The notes under the pieces: model-generated
What the model was told of the DNA's origin: nothing
What the model saw: the letters and a program-made list of their open reading frames with translations, nothing else
Database searches by the model: none
Source of the DNA: Octopus vulgaris
Taxonomy: Eukaryota
DNA: 64,000 bases
Assembly: GCA_951406725.2 (NCBI GenBank)
Contig: OX597818.1
Span: forward strand, 59,768,001-59,832,000
Direction of reading: 5' to 3'
Shown: piece by piece, positions 50,855 to 63,965 of the stretch
Numbering within the stretch: position 1 is the stretch's first letter
Layout: every line of letters starts with the position of its first letter
Made by a program: the position numbers and the translations under genes

Positions 50855-51099
50855 GTACTGGTTCTTTTTACGTTGCATTCACGTCCTAATTTTTTACTAC
50901 CCACCAAGGGCGAACACAGAGAGGACAATGCATAACATGTGGGGACACACAAGAAGGAAAAAATACAATAAACGTATGAACAATAGATGACAAGGGAAAA
51001 TGTAAAAAATAGAATGATGCTACTCGGCCCCACTGGACAGGCAATGGTTTGTTGCATAAGGAAGCCATTAGTGGTACCAAGGAGAGTATTCATATCCCT

Positions 51100-51540
51100 C
51101 TTTTACAATTGTTTAGTTCCAGATTGGATGTAGCCCTGGATCCAGCTGAGATTATAAAAATTAAAGTCCCCTATTAAATGTACATTAGCCTGTGATCTGG
51201 TCTTTCTTAGGTTTGACTAATGAGCAGCAAAGCCTCTTTGAAATTATCCCCACGGTTAATCCCGCCAAGAGAACGGTAGGTAATACCTATGATCATATTG
51301 AGTTTTATCAAATATATTGTTAGGATGTTGGAGTGGGAGAGGAAGACATTTGTTGTCAGGTCTTCAGAGATTAAAAGCACTGCTCCCCCTTGTTTCCTTA
51401 TTCTACGGTCAGTTCTGTGTAGTATGTACCCTGGCATATGTACTTCCGCATTGAATACGTCTGGGGTCAAGTGTATTTCACTTGGCGCTAAACATATTGT
51501 ATTTTCATTGTGTGCAAGGCCTCAAAGTTGTGATACTTTT
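51100..51540 (-). mobile_element. LINE apurinic endonuclease (APE) domain fragment
   Basis: EVHMPGYILHRTDR..QGGAVLLI..ITYR...IGDFN. Confidence 0.8.
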
Positions 51541-51834
51541 CTTCGATTTGTGAAGCTAGTGAGCTGACAGAATCGTTAGCACGCCAGGAAAGATGCTTAG
51601 TGGAACTTTGTTCGTTTTAGGTTCTGATATTGACTTTGCCATTCATCCTTCCAGCGTCGATAAAAATAAGTACCAGCTGAGAACTGGGGCCAATGTAATT
51701 GATTTATCCCTCCCTCGAAATTGTTCGCGTTGTGAAAAAATTTGAAATGAATATCTAGGCTTTATGGGTGTCGTTATTACAGAAATATATATATGGAATG
51801 GCGAGAGGATATTCGAGTTCGTTCTTTGGATACT

Positions 51835-52079
51835 CTTTTTTACTCTTTTACTTTTTTCAGACATTTGACTGTGGCCATGCTGGAGCACCGCCTTTAGTCG
51901 AGCAAATCGACCCCAGGACTTTTTCTTTGTAAGCCTAGTACTTATTCTATCGGTCTTTTTTGCCGAACCGCTAAGTTACGGGGACCTAAACACACCAGCA
52001 TCGGTTGTCAAGCGATGTTGAGGGGACTAATACAGTTACACAACCATATACGCACACATACACACACACACACATATAG

Positions 52080-52114
<35 letters not shown>

Positions 52115-52376
52115 CAACTAATAAGGGTGAGAAAATTGGATACTAACTTAATAGTACCATCAATTAGTACCATAAATTAGTGCATAAAAACCAGGAATAC
52201 AATAAAGTTTATACGTAAATATAAGAGAGTGACCATTATGTGGTCGACTCTAGCACTAAAAATAGATCCGCTACGGTTTCAGCCACGAAGAATTGTTTCC
52301 GATGAAAGTTAGCACAACTATTAGCGTAAACGAACAGGGCAAATAAAAAATAACAAAAATAACAAAAAAATAACAA

Positions 52377-52416
<40 letters not shown>

Positions 52417-52572
52417 TACGACGGGCTTCTTTCAGTTTCCGTCTACCAAATCCACTCACAAGGCTTTGGTCGGCCCGAGGCTATAGTAGAAGACACTTGC
52501 CCAAGGTGCCACGCAGTGGGACTGAACCCGGAACCATGTGGTTCGTAAGCAAGCAACTTACCACACAGCCAC
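51835..52572 (-). mobile_element. SINE family C split at its microsatellite by about 270 bp of other sequence
   Basis: Tail half at 51835-52075; head half at 52418-52572. Confidence 0.85.
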
Positions 52573-52832
52573 TATGAATAACTATCTAGGATGAATAACT
52601 ATCTTAACGAATGTTGTGATGAAAGTGATCTGAGCAATAAAGATGCCTGGCATTGTATACATGAGAGACAGTCATCTTGATTTGCATACATAATGTTTAT
52701 GAAGGCATTAGCTAAGTAAGAGAAATTAGAAGACACCTATTCCATGAAAATTGCTAAGAAGGTTGTTGTAGTAGTCGTTTGACTCGAAGTGAGATTTTAT
52801 ATGTTATCTAAAACAACGTTTGGTCTTAGGAA

Positions 52833-53128
52833 GAATGCATCTAATACTATAGGTCCACAGCTCTTCAATATCCTCCCAAAGGACCTGAGAGACCTGAATG
52901 GGGTAGATGTAGGTGTCTTCAAACTAAAGCTGGACCTCTTCCTGTCAGGTGTCTCAGATGAACCAACCTCGCGGCAGGAGGTGCAGATGAGGGCAGCTGC
53001 ATCAAACTCTCCCATGCACCAAATGTCAATTGCTAAAAAGCATTCGTGAAGTAAAATCATGTAGCAACACCAAATGGCGGTGCTCCAGCATGGCCACGGC
53101 TCGTGAGCTGAAATTAGATGAAATAAAA
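52833..53128 (+). mobile_element. CR1-group LINE 3' end
   Basis: GPQLFNILPKDLRD..VGVFKLKLDLFLS.VSDEP, then the tail GGCGGTGCTCCAGCATGGCC. Confidence 0.85.
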
Positions 53129-53926
53129 TTTGCATTTCTCCAAACGTTCGACTTTGATTGAACGTTCGATCTACTTTATCTAGCAGGTCAAACGTCAGGT
53201 TTCATATTCTCTCACTATAAAACTAAGACGTGAAAACAATTCCGCCAAATTTGCGATATTTAACCCGAAGGTTAGAGCGAGCAATGTCCCTGTACCGTAC
53301 GGCAACAAATTTAAATGGAATAATCATGATGAGAAAGTTATTGAGTACAATGATGTTTAATGTTTTTATCCCAGTAATTTTACTTATATATAACACAGAA
53401 ATGCAAAATGTACGTATATAAACGTGGTTTATAGAAAGCATTCATGAAATACTTTTACTAATTCGAAATTCGCAAAAGGAAACAGGATGTCTGGAGAAAT
53501 AATCAATTGTTTAGAAATATTAAAATTATTTCCTCGTTTGTTTTCAAGTATTTCTGGAATCTTTTTTAAGAAATATTGATTGAAGAAAAAATAGAGAGTA
53601 AATGTTTATACTTTTGAGTACCATCTTTGGAAAACTATATTTCTCTTAAAATTATCTAAAGAGAAAAAGAAAACGAAAAATGGTTTTACTACTAATAATA
53701 CGAAATCTAAATGGACAATAATTTACACAAATAACCATGTTTTGGCTATTTTGCTGAATTAGTTTTGAAAGATAGTTTTATGTATATATTGTACGATTAA
53801 TGACTGAAAGAAAGATTCACAAAAAAGTTCAGACTATGTTTTGGACATTTTGAAAATAGACAATTATTAATGAGAATTATTTGTGATTCAAAATTTGTCT
53901 AAACAATGATAGAGTTAAGTGATAAA

Positions 53927-54700
53927 GCGCGAGCTGGCAGAATCGGTAGCACGACGGCGAAAAATGCTTAGCGCCATTTCGAGTCTTTACATTCTGAGTC
54001 CAAATTCCGCCGAGGTCGACTTTGCTTTTCATCCCTTCGTGGTCGATGAAAATAAGTACCAGTGGATGTAATTGCTGGCCTTGTGCTAAAATTCGAAACC
54101 AATATTACTGATTTAGAGGGCGGCGAGCTGGCAGAATCGTTAGCACGCCGGGCTAAATGCTTAGCAGTATTTCACCTGTCTTTACGTTCTGAGTTCAAAT
54201 TCCGCCGAAGTCGACTTTGTCTTTCATCCTTTCGGGATCGATAAATTAAGGACCAGTTTCGCACTGGGATCGATATAATCGATTTAATCCGTTTGTCAGT
54301 CCTTGTTTGTCCTCTCTGTGTTTAGCCCCTTGTGGGTAGTAAAGAAATGGGTATTTCGTCTGCCGCTACGTTCTGAGTTCAAATTCCACCGAGGTCGACT
54401 TTGCCTTTCATCCTTTCGGGGTCGATAAATTATATACCAGTTGCACACTGGGGTCGATGTAATCGACTTAATCCATTTGTCTGTCTTTGTTTGTCCCCTC
54501 TATGTTTAGCCCCTTGTGGGCAATAAAGAAATAAGAATCGTTAGCATGCTGAGAAAAATATAGTGCGGCTTTACATTCCGAGTTCGAAACCCGTTGACGT
54601 TGACTTTGCCTTCCCTCCAGTCGCACACTAGGGTGAATGTAGTCGACTTAACCACCCCCACCTCGAAATTACTGGTCTTGTGGCGACATTTAAAACCAAT
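53927..54700 (+). mobile_element. Cluster of SINE-A copies (short form, dimer, decayed copy)
   Basis: Heads at about 53927, 54118 and 54535, with repeated core units. Confidence 0.88.
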
Positions 54701-55382
54701 ATTACTTATCTAGTATCGTGGAAATGATTTTGAACATAGGACCAGAGAATTGAAGTTAAATTCCAGTTAAATGTTAACCTATTAAACTTAAAAGTTTGGT
54801 GAAAATATTCTACAAAACATTGGTTGTTTACCGTTGCAGACGTCGTAATTGGCGGTCAGATAAATTTCCTGGTTTTTGTTTTTCCCTATATTTTTAAACA
54901 TTACCAATATTTGGATTTACACCAAAAAATATTTTTATCATTGTTATTCTAGCATTTTAGGTGTTGTCTTAACTCTATCCTTCCTGTATAACTTTCGTTT
55001 ATTGTTTTTGAAGATTGAATGGTTTTTATCTCTTTTCGAATAGAGTGCAATGTAGAAAAATGAAAGAATGAAATTTTCATGCAATCCAAAAATTTAGCCT
55101 CAGATCTAGTTGGAATGAAATCTATGAACAAATGCATTATAGTCACGATCATCTCATCTCATTTTCTAATTCTATGTTTACTACCACGGCATGCAAAAAG
55201 TTTCTTTTCAACGATAGAAGAATATATAATTTTATGAATTTGGCAGTTACTGTTAGCTTGTCGAAAATGTCTACGAGAAGGTTCCCTTTAAATAAGACAG
55301 GAATGAGCCGACCCAAACTGTTTGTTTAGTGTCTATATGTAACCTCCAGAACAATTTATTCATCATCTTGCTTAAACTTGTG

Positions 55383-55914
55383 CAGGGTCAGGTAAAATGA
55401 TCTGACACATTTGTAGGTTAAATTGTTTTTCGTTTCTTTTTCAGTTGCTGCCATGAATTGGACTGGTGAGCATCGCGCTTTCATTGTGGAAACGTTTATC
55501 AAAACAAACGATTCTGTAACTGCAACACAAACAGCGTTCCGTTTGCACTTCAATCTTGGTAGACATGATCCCGTACCAGCTCGAAACACGATCTTGTTAT
55601 GGGTTACCAACTTCAGAGCTATTGGATCTGCATTGAAACGAAAATCAACCGGCCGACCTCGCACCGCCAAAACTTAAAGATGCAGTTCGTCAAGAAATTA
55701 CTGCCATTCCTCATGAAATGACCCGCCGAGTTATTGACAACTTTCGTGAACGCCTTCGACAGTCTGTGGACAATAATGGATCCGATTTGACTGATTTACT
55801 TTTTAAAACATAATGAAACAAAATGGCATTATATGTACTTTTCAAAAATAAAAACACTTTTTTGTTTCTTTACTTCATTTGCCTTTTATTTAACCTAAAA
55901 ATGTGTCAGATCAT
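55383..55914 (+). mobile_element. Internally deleted Tc1/mariner element
   Basis: Inverted repeats at 55397-55421 and 55890-55914; N-terminal HTH MNWTGEHRAFIVE..TGRPRT joined out of frame to C-terminal LKDAVRQEI..FRERLRQ; catalytic domain missing. Confidence 0.88.
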
Positions 55915-56142
55915 ATATATATACACGTATATATAGTCTAAATAATTATACTAATTCTACTAATTCTACTAATTACTATTTCTGTATAAATTTTACCGAC
56001 AATAAAAGATTGCTTACGCACATGGAAAAGGGCCACATACACACACAAACACACACGCATATATAATATATACTCTTTTACTTATTTCAGTCATTTGATT
56101 GTGGCCATGCTGGAGCACCGCCTTTAGTCGAGCAAATCGACC

Positions 56143-56722
56143 TTATTGTAACTTTCGATGAAAAGTGGATTCTGTACAATAATAAGAAACGTTCTTTACA
56201 GTGGTTGGAGCAAAATGAAGCACCGAAATCCTTCCCTAAACCTGAGCTCTTCAAAACGAAGGTTATGGTGGATGCTTGGTGGTGTAAGGTTTGACTCATG
56301 TACTATAACTTCTTAAATCCCGGAAAAACCATTACTACAGAAACATTGCCATGAATGTGCCAACATGAACGAAAATCTGCTATTCCTTTGTCCCAGACTG
56401 GTCAACAGAAGAGGGCCAATCATTCCTCATGACAAAACTCGAACACACGTTTCACTAATGATGCTCCAGAACTGAGGGAACTTGGTTATGAAGCTTTTCC
56501 CCACCCAGCTTATTACCCAGACCTTTTCCTATCGACTACCACTTTTTCAAGCATGTTGATGGTTTCCTGAGAGAGAGGTTCAAAAATTAAATCGATGCTG
56601 AAAGTGCGTTCAAAGAGTTCATCAACGCCAGAACTCCGGAATTTCAATTTACCGGAATAAACAAACATGTAATTCGTTGGCAAAATTGTATTGATTGTAA
56701 TGATACTTTCTTTGATGAATAA
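56143..56722 (+). mobile_element. Decayed mariner (DD34D) catalytic domain
   Basis: IVTFDEKWILY, HDK, HPAYYPDL..DYHFF, WQNCIDC; frameshifted. Confidence 0.9.
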
Positions 56723-57008
56723 AATTTCCGCATTGTTAATGAATTTCATGTTTCAAAACGTTTTCAATAGTTTTGAGAGTCAAAACTATTGAAATGGTTG
56801 CGAGACGCAACGAAAATTTTAGAAAAATAAAAAAAGAAAGAAGTGGAAATTTTACCGGTGTGTGTGTTAAATTATAAGGCACCAAAAGAGAATGACTCTC
56901 CCCAGACACAACAGAATATGCTTCAACACACGAACCCACATTAAAAATCTTGCAAAGGAAATCCCAAACCGAAATATATATATATACAAAAAAACCTAAT
57001 CCCAAACC

Positions 57009-57047
<39 letters not shown>

Positions 57048-57119
57048 GGTACTTCACTAGCAGTGTATTGGATATATGTTATCCCATGGAGGGTTGCATT
57101 TACAACCCCTATCTTAATT

Positions 57120-57164
<45 letters not shown>

Positions 57165-57959
57165 GTATATATAATATATATACACACATTCAAACATACA
57201 TACACATATACATACATGTAGGCACACACTAAAAAATGCATGCAAATTTAAACAATTATCATATGATGTGGCAGATCTTTTATCAAGTCCTAGATCATAT
57301 TCGAAGATTCCAAATCATTAATTCCTAATAGATATTTTCTCATTTCTTTCCTTTGGCTGTTTTTGCTTTCATTTTTATGTTTACTTATTTTATTTTTCAA
57401 TTACATTCTTGTTTGTAAAAGAAAACCTAACAATCTGGTCAACAGATCTGGTATAATGCATTGTGATACACGTCTAAGTATATGCATTGTTTAGCATCAA
57501 TGTTTATTTATGAAAACTTTTGCTGAATTCTCTTGTTTATTTATTGAATATTTATTATATTCATGTGAGTGTAAGTATGTATGTGTACTTGTATGTCTGC
57601 GTCTGTGTACGCATGAACGCCCATATGTGTAAAACTCTGATCGAGAACATTCTTTAATTATATTTAACATCAATTTATAACTTACACATATATATAAGTG
57701 GCTGGTTTTCAAAGAGAAATAAAAGTTATTGTGAATAGACGATGACAAAGGGGGAAACAGAACACAAACGGCCATCTACTTCAAATGACATTTTGTAAGA
57801 TTTGAATAAGAACAGAGTCGAAGCCGAGAAAGGAGAATATTTTGAAGGCAATTAATGAGAATGTCCGTTAATAAAAATACAGCTTTGTTAAACTTTAAGT
57901 AGGAAGGAGTTTCTTGTTAGAGATACAACGGATTGCTCACAGTTGGAATGGTAATTATA

Positions 57960-58032
57960 CACGCACGCACATATATGTACATATATATATGTGTGTGTGG
58001 GTTGGTGGGTGTTTAGGTGGGTGGATGTGGGT

Positions 58033-58075
<43 letters not shown>

Positions 58076-58522
58076 CGCGTGTGTGTGTTGTCGCTCTCAT
58101 ACGTATATGTATGCCTACATATGTGTATATAAACCAAATATATGTAAGCGTATATATATGTATATACATACATACAAACATAAAAATACATATATAATTA
58201 TAGTCACAAACATATAAGATGTAAATATATATACATATATATGTATAAGTATACATGCATATATATATATATACATATGTACATATACATATATGTATAT
58301 ATATATATATATACATATGTACATATACATATATATATACATATATATATATATATGTATATATATGCATATATGTATATATATATGCATGTATATGTAT
58401 ATATATATGTATATATGTATATATATGCATGTATATGTATATATATATATGTATGTATATGTATATATGTGTATATATATATATATATATGCATGTATAT
58501 ATGTATATATAAGCATATTAGC

Positions 58523-58555
<33 letters not shown>

Positions 58556-58556
58556 C
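57960..58556. repeat. (TA)/(TATG) low-complexity block
   Basis: Seen directly. Confidence 0.95.
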
Positions 58557-58864
58557 TTGTGACAGGTAATCCCACGTATAAAGCATCTACATCAAGCTTA
58601 TTTTTTGTTTCGTCCTGAAGCTTTTTTCCTTTTCCTCTCATCAGTAACCATCTCCTCGTCATTTTATTGTTCAAACGAGTTGTTTACATTTTCATAATTG
58701 TTTATTTGTACGTATGTTCTTGTATGAAATAACTGCAAAGAATCTGACGTATTTGGCATTATACATTATAATTACTAATTTGTGAGAGAAAAAAAGGAAG
58801 TGATCAAAGTTATTGCTAGTTTGAAGTGACGATAAAACAGAGTATTTAAAATGGAAATAACATG

Positions 58865-59350
58865 CAGCGGAGACTCGTTGCTCCGTGGTTAGCTTTCTGC
58901 ACCTGCGATCTTACGATAGTGGTTTCAATTCAAATACTAAGATGTCCTATGTGCTTTTCAACAGAAACAGGAAGTAAGAGTGAGAGAAAGTTGTGCTGAA
59001 AGAGTACAGCAGGGATCACCACCATCCCTGCCGGAGTCTCGTGGAGCTTTAGGTGTTTTCGCTCAATACACACTCACAACGCCCGGTCTGGGAATCGAAA
59101 CCGCGATCCTACGACCGCGAGTCCGCTGCCCTAACCACTGGGCCATTGCGCCTCCACTTTTCAATAAAACACTTCGTTTCACGTTGGCCCAGTTTACTCA
59201 GCAGTGAATGAGTTCAAACAATTGCAGTGAAGTTAGCCCTTCGACGGACTGGAGTTCCGTTCAAGAGCAGTGTTGTACGCTCAATCACTTATGCACCATA
59301 GAAACCAGATTGGGTCGCGGTCTTATGAGTCCCGAGGCTCATAAGAGGCG
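58865..59350. mobile_element. Old E-type SINE (plus) interrupted by a 3'-truncated SINE-B (minus, 58962-59156)
   Basis: CTTTTCAA duplicated at 58954-58961 and 59157-59164; the host core resumes with AAAACACTTCGTTTCACG. Confidence 0.75.
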
Positions 59351-59414
59351 GATGCTTATTTTTCAGTTCCTAATTTCAAAATTTGAATAACAGGCACACG
59401 TTCTTCCGGCAAGA

Positions 59415-59805
59415 CTCTCTCTCTTTTACTCTTTTACTTGTTTCAGTCATTTGACTGCGGCCATGCTGGAGCACCGCCTTTAGTCGAGCAAATCGACCCC
59501 AGGACTTATTCTTTTGTAAGCCCACTACTTATTCTATCGGTCTCTTTTGCCGAACCGCTAAGTGACGGGGACGTAAACACACCAGCATCGGTTGTCAAGC
59601 AATGCTAGGGGGACAAACACAGACACACAAACATATACACACACACACTTATATATATATACATATATACGACAGGCTTCTTTCAGTTTCCGTCTATCAA
59701 ATCCACTCACAAGGCATTGTTCGGCCCGGGGCTATAGCAGAAGACACTTGCCCAAGTTGCCACGCAGTGGGACTGAACCCGGAACCATGTGGTTGGTTAG
59801 CAAGC
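59415..59805 (-). mobile_element. SINE family C, near full length
   Basis: Reverse complement of 48470-48850. Confidence 0.92.
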
Positions 59806-60134
59806 TGAATCTTTGTCAGTTTACATTGATTTTCTGTTCTCTTTCCAGATGGCGTTAATTCTCTCCCTAATTCGATTTCTTGTTATGGTATAAAACTATT
59901 TTCGATGTGATTCCTTCGAGTCTTGACAGTAGTCACTTCTTATAAAACATTGCTCATTTGAGTATTGGCCTCCATGTTTTCTGGGATGTGGGTGGAGGCA
60001 TGGCAGGCGTGGAGTGCAAAGCATAACGTTTAAGAAGGTTTTATTCTGACCGTGGGTTGAAATAAATCACACATCGGCTATTCCTACAAATATATTGGCT
60101 TTACAGAAAAATTCGCTAATTATTTCTATTTTCT

Positions 60135-60247
60135 GGTGGTGGTGGTGGTGGTGCTGGTGCTGGTGCTGGTGCTGGAGATGCTGGTGGTGCTGGTGGTGCT
60201 GGTTGTGCTGGTGGTGCTGGTGATGGTGGTGGTGGTGGTGATGGTGG
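60135..60247. repeat. (TGG/TGC)n trinucleotide repeat
   Basis: Seen directly. Confidence 0.9.
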
Positions 60248-60549
60248 GTCTTTATTTTCTTTTTCTTCCCTGGCTCTCCATTATCGGAAAAGAAATAAAA
60301 TTTCTTCAAATTTCAAAAACAATAAATCAGAGTGATAGCAGAAGATTATAGTTTGAAAAGAAAAACGTAAAATTTATTCGTGTTAATTCAGGTAACATTA
60401 AAAAGGGTTAAAGGTGTAATATAAATGAAAAATAACGACCGAGTTTATCTGACGTTCGAGCAAGTCAGTAAGAAACATATAAAGAAACGTGTCCGTTAAA
60501 CATTTCCCTTGGTGAAATGTAACACAGCGCTACGTAGTTTCTCGCTCTG

Positions 60550-60934
60550 TGGAGGCGCAATGGCCCAGTGGTTAGGGCAGCGGACTCGCGGTCATAGGAT
60601 CGCGGTTTCGATTCCCAGACCGGGCGTTGTGAGTGTTTATTGAGCGAAAACACCTAAAGCTCCACGAAGGCTCCGGCAGGGGATGGTGGTGATCCCTGCT
60701 GTACTCTTTCAGCACAACTTTCTCTCACTCTTACTTCCTGTTTCTGGTGTACCTGTATTTCAAAGGGCCGGCCTTGTCACTCTCTGTGTCACGCTGAATA
60801 TCCCCGAGAACTACGTTAAGGGTTCACGTGTCTGTGGAGTGCTCAGCCACTTACACGTTAATTTCACGAGCAGGCTGTTCCGTTGATTCGGATCAACCGG
60901 AACCCTCGTCGTCGTAACCGACGGAGCGCTTCCA
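60550..60934 (+). mobile_element. SINE family B, full length
   Basis: TSD AGTTTCTCGCTCTG at 60536-60549 and 60935-60948. Confidence 0.93.
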
Positions 60935-61259
60935 AGTTTCTCGCTCTGCTAAAAATCGCTGCTAAACCAGTTTCAGATCATATCTTTTTCTCTTAAAAAC
61001 CCCAAAACGGTGAACATTGTAGCTATAGATTCACTATATCTGAACAAAATACGTGATAGTCTCGTTTGGAACATAGGTTTGATCAAGTAAGCTCTACGAC
61101 AAAGTAGCTACTAGGATATATACAGATACACACACAAACACATATATTGTTATATTTTGCCATAGACATTTTTTTATGCCAATAAACACGCGCTCTATTT
61201 ATTTCATCTTCATTTGAATTTTGTTATTTTGGTTTGGTTCAGAATCGGTCTTATTCCTG

Positions 61260-61378
61260 GTAGGATTTACCTGGGTAGGGGGTTACTACCTGTAACCTTA
61301 GATGTCCAAAAGTTTTTCAGCAGACTTTCAAAAGCTTAGAACCATCCTGATAGTCCTTGCTGTCCCTAAGAGACAAAT
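61260..61378 (-). mobile_element. R4/Dong-type extreme 3' end
   Basis: ICLLGTARTIRMVLSF* plus short UTR; abuts an (AAC/AAT/GAT)n tract at 61380-61545. Confidence 0.65.
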
Positions 61379-61461
61379 ATGATTATTGTGTTTGTTGTTG
61401 TTGTTGTTATCATCAACATCATCATCTTCATCATCATCATTATTATTGTTGTTGTTATTAA

Positions 61462-61507
<46 letters not shown>

Positions 61508-61544
61508 GTTATTATTGTTGTTGTTTTTGTTGTTGTTGTTGTTA

Positions 61545-61755
61545 AACACGGACACAAATGAATGCGCACATGAGGATACACACCTTAGAAGAACAGAATG
61601 GAGTAAGTGGAGCAAGAAGACACACGAAAGTGTAATGTGACGCTGAAGAGGTCACAGATGTGTGACGTGTGTTTATTTGGCAAAAAAAAAATAAATAAAT
61701 AAAAATGACCGTCCCGAAAAACAACAATATCGGTTTCAAAACACGCTTTCATATC
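61545..61755 (+). mobile_element. Diverged Penelope pLTR copy with canonical CTGAAGA core, 3' half of HHR deleted
   Basis: CTGAAGA-G-GTCAC AGATGT GTGAC at 61643-61666, then sequence matching the reverse complement of 31060-31140. Confidence 0.65.
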
Positions 61756-62539
61756 AGGAATCTTGGAACACAAATTGATAACCGTAAAATTTATGTTATA
61801 TATTCAGATCTATACAAACCGACCCTGGAGAGAATTAAAGTCTAAAGAAAAATTTCGAAATAGCTTCAGTTATCGTTTGCAACACATGGATTACTTAAAT
61901 AGCTCATATATCTTGGTGGTACTTTATATGACATTGTTATTGGAACCATATGATTTGTAGAGCTCATACATCGCTTCAAGAAATTTAATACATTTTTCCT
62001 TGATTAGATATTCTGAAATGAGCTGTCAGTGCCCATATTTTAACCAGAATAGGTTAATGTGATTAATATCTAATTTAAAACCATCGTATTTTCAATGACC
62101 AAAGAGAGAGAGAGAGATAAAAAAATATATGGAAAATAGAGAATTCGCTAGTAATGTGCTTTTAAGGATGACAAATTAGATGGGGTATTTAGTATGGGGT
62201 CCTGACATTTAGAACACATGAGAAACAGCAGGCTCCGAAAAGTTGCATTAATGAGATTAAGGGGTTTGGGGTAGTCAGTGGTGGTGGGCGTACGGGGAGG
62301 TTGGTATTAATTGACAATGGTCCACTTTTTTAAAAGTGATTTTGAATTTCAAAGATGTCATTTCTTTAAAAACACATTTAAAATACTTCCACATCGCATG
62401 CTTGAAATCTTCAGACATTACATTTGTGTTAGCAGCATTTATCAAGATTTTGGCATGTTCTTCAAGAAATGGAAAAAAGAGAATGGTAACTCTTCTCGTC
62501 AAAGTTCAGGTGATTATCAGGTAAGAGCTCTTGATGCAT

Positions 62540-62947
62540 TGCCATCATCACCATCATCACCATCAAAATCATCATCATAGACGTCGTCGTCGTCGTCGTC
62601 ATGGCTGTCGTCGTTGTTGTTCTTGTCATCGTTTTGGTCCTTATCATCTTCATCAAGATGTCAACATCGGGAGCATCGTCACCATCACCATCACCATCAC
62701 CATCATCATCATCATCATCATCGTCATCATCATGATCATCGTCATCATCGTAACCACCATCATCTTCATTATTATCATCATCATCTTAGTATCATCATCA
62801 TCATCATCATCTTCATCATCATCCTCGTTGTCATCATCGTAACCATAATCATCACCATCATCGTCATAATCATCATCGTCGTCGTCGTCATCGTAACCAT
62901 AATCATCATCATCATCATCATCATCGTCATCATCATCATCGTCATCG

Positions 62948-62987
<40 letters not shown>

Positions 62988-63072
62988 TATCGTCAACGTT
63001 GTCGTCATCATTATCACCATTATGATCGTTATAATCGTCATCATCACCATCATCATCTTCCTCACCGCCACC
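62540..63072. repeat. Degenerate (CAT/CGT/CAC)n trinucleotide repeat
   Basis: Seen directly. Confidence 0.95.
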
Positions 63073-63403
63073 ATGATCCCCTACTCTCTGCATTGTATTC
63101 CTCTTTGCTTTCTCTTGCCTTTACTTAAACTGAATTTATTTTTATTTATTTTACCTTTGTTTCGTTTTTTTTTTCTTAATGTAGCAAAGAATGAAGAGAA
63201 ACCTAAGAATCCATCATAGGGGAAGATGGCAGATACGGGATGATATGGAATGGCTGTATCGCGCATTATCATTTACCTCTGTATTTCAGCTGCTCATCTA
63301 TCAAATATCAAGTGCGGGGCAGTGGAAAACTTGTTAGTCCGTACCGTGAGTTCTAACCCAATCGCGGCCAAATTTTACCTTTTCAAAGCCGATATCAAAT
63401 ATA

Positions 63404-63821
63404 TATTTCTTTATTGCCCACAAGGGGCTAAACATAGAGGGGAGAAACAAGGACAGACAAAGGGATTAAGTTGATTACATCGACCCAAGTGCGAAACTGG
63501 TACTTTATTTATCGACCCCGAACGAATGAAGGGCAAAGTCGACTTCGGCGGAATTTGAGCTCAGAACGTAACGACAGACGGAATACCTATTTCTTTATTG
63601 CCCACAAGGGGCTAAACATACAGGGGACAAACGAAGACAGACAAAGGGATTAAGTCGATTACATCGACCTCAGAGCGAAACTGGTACTTTATTTATCGAC
63701 CCCGAAAGGATGAAAGGCAAAGTCGACCTCGGCGGAATTTGAGCTCAGAACGTAACCGCAGATGAAATACTGCTTAGGATTTCGCCCGGCGCGCTAACGT
63801 TTCTGCCAACTCGCCGCCTTA
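63404..63821 (-). mobile_element. SINE family A dimer
   Basis: 15-bp TSD CCGATATCAAATATA at 63389-63403 and 63822-63836. Confidence 0.92.
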
Positions 63822-63837
63822 CCGATATCAAATATAG

Positions 63838-63965
63838 GCGACATAGGGGCAGACAGAGCTGTGCGGTAAGAAATTGCTTTCCACCCACATGTTTCCGGGT
63901 TCAGTCCCACTGCGTGACATATTGGAGAGGTATCTTCTACTTCTCTGTCAAACCTTGCAGAGTAT
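63838..63965 (+). mobile_element. SINE family C head, diverged
   Basis: CCACATGTTTCCGGGTTCAGTCCCACTGCGTG. Confidence 0.7.

Larger units (their letters stand above)
39990..50855 (+). pseudogene. Probable decayed multi-fibronectin type III domain gene
   Basis: Same-strand FN3-like remnants: ELHWRSP..PSKPIRT (about 40.0-40.34 kb), RFTESKISVV and ENEFQGQIV..TQYTF (41.9-42.2 kb), FTSLRLYQEFEMWAR (48.35 and 50.7 kb), RNVHNSGITPRSFEINW..FRGNI (49.27 kb); many stops. Confidence 0.4.

Noticed and set aside
58600-58650. CTGATGAG...GGACGAAAC on the minus strand
   Set aside because: Core words are present but none of the three stems pair convincingly.
62531-63219. Poly-His, poly-Asp and poly-Ile ORFs (also 60067-60351)
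   Set aside because: Trinucleotide microsatellites open in many frames, with no unique coding context.
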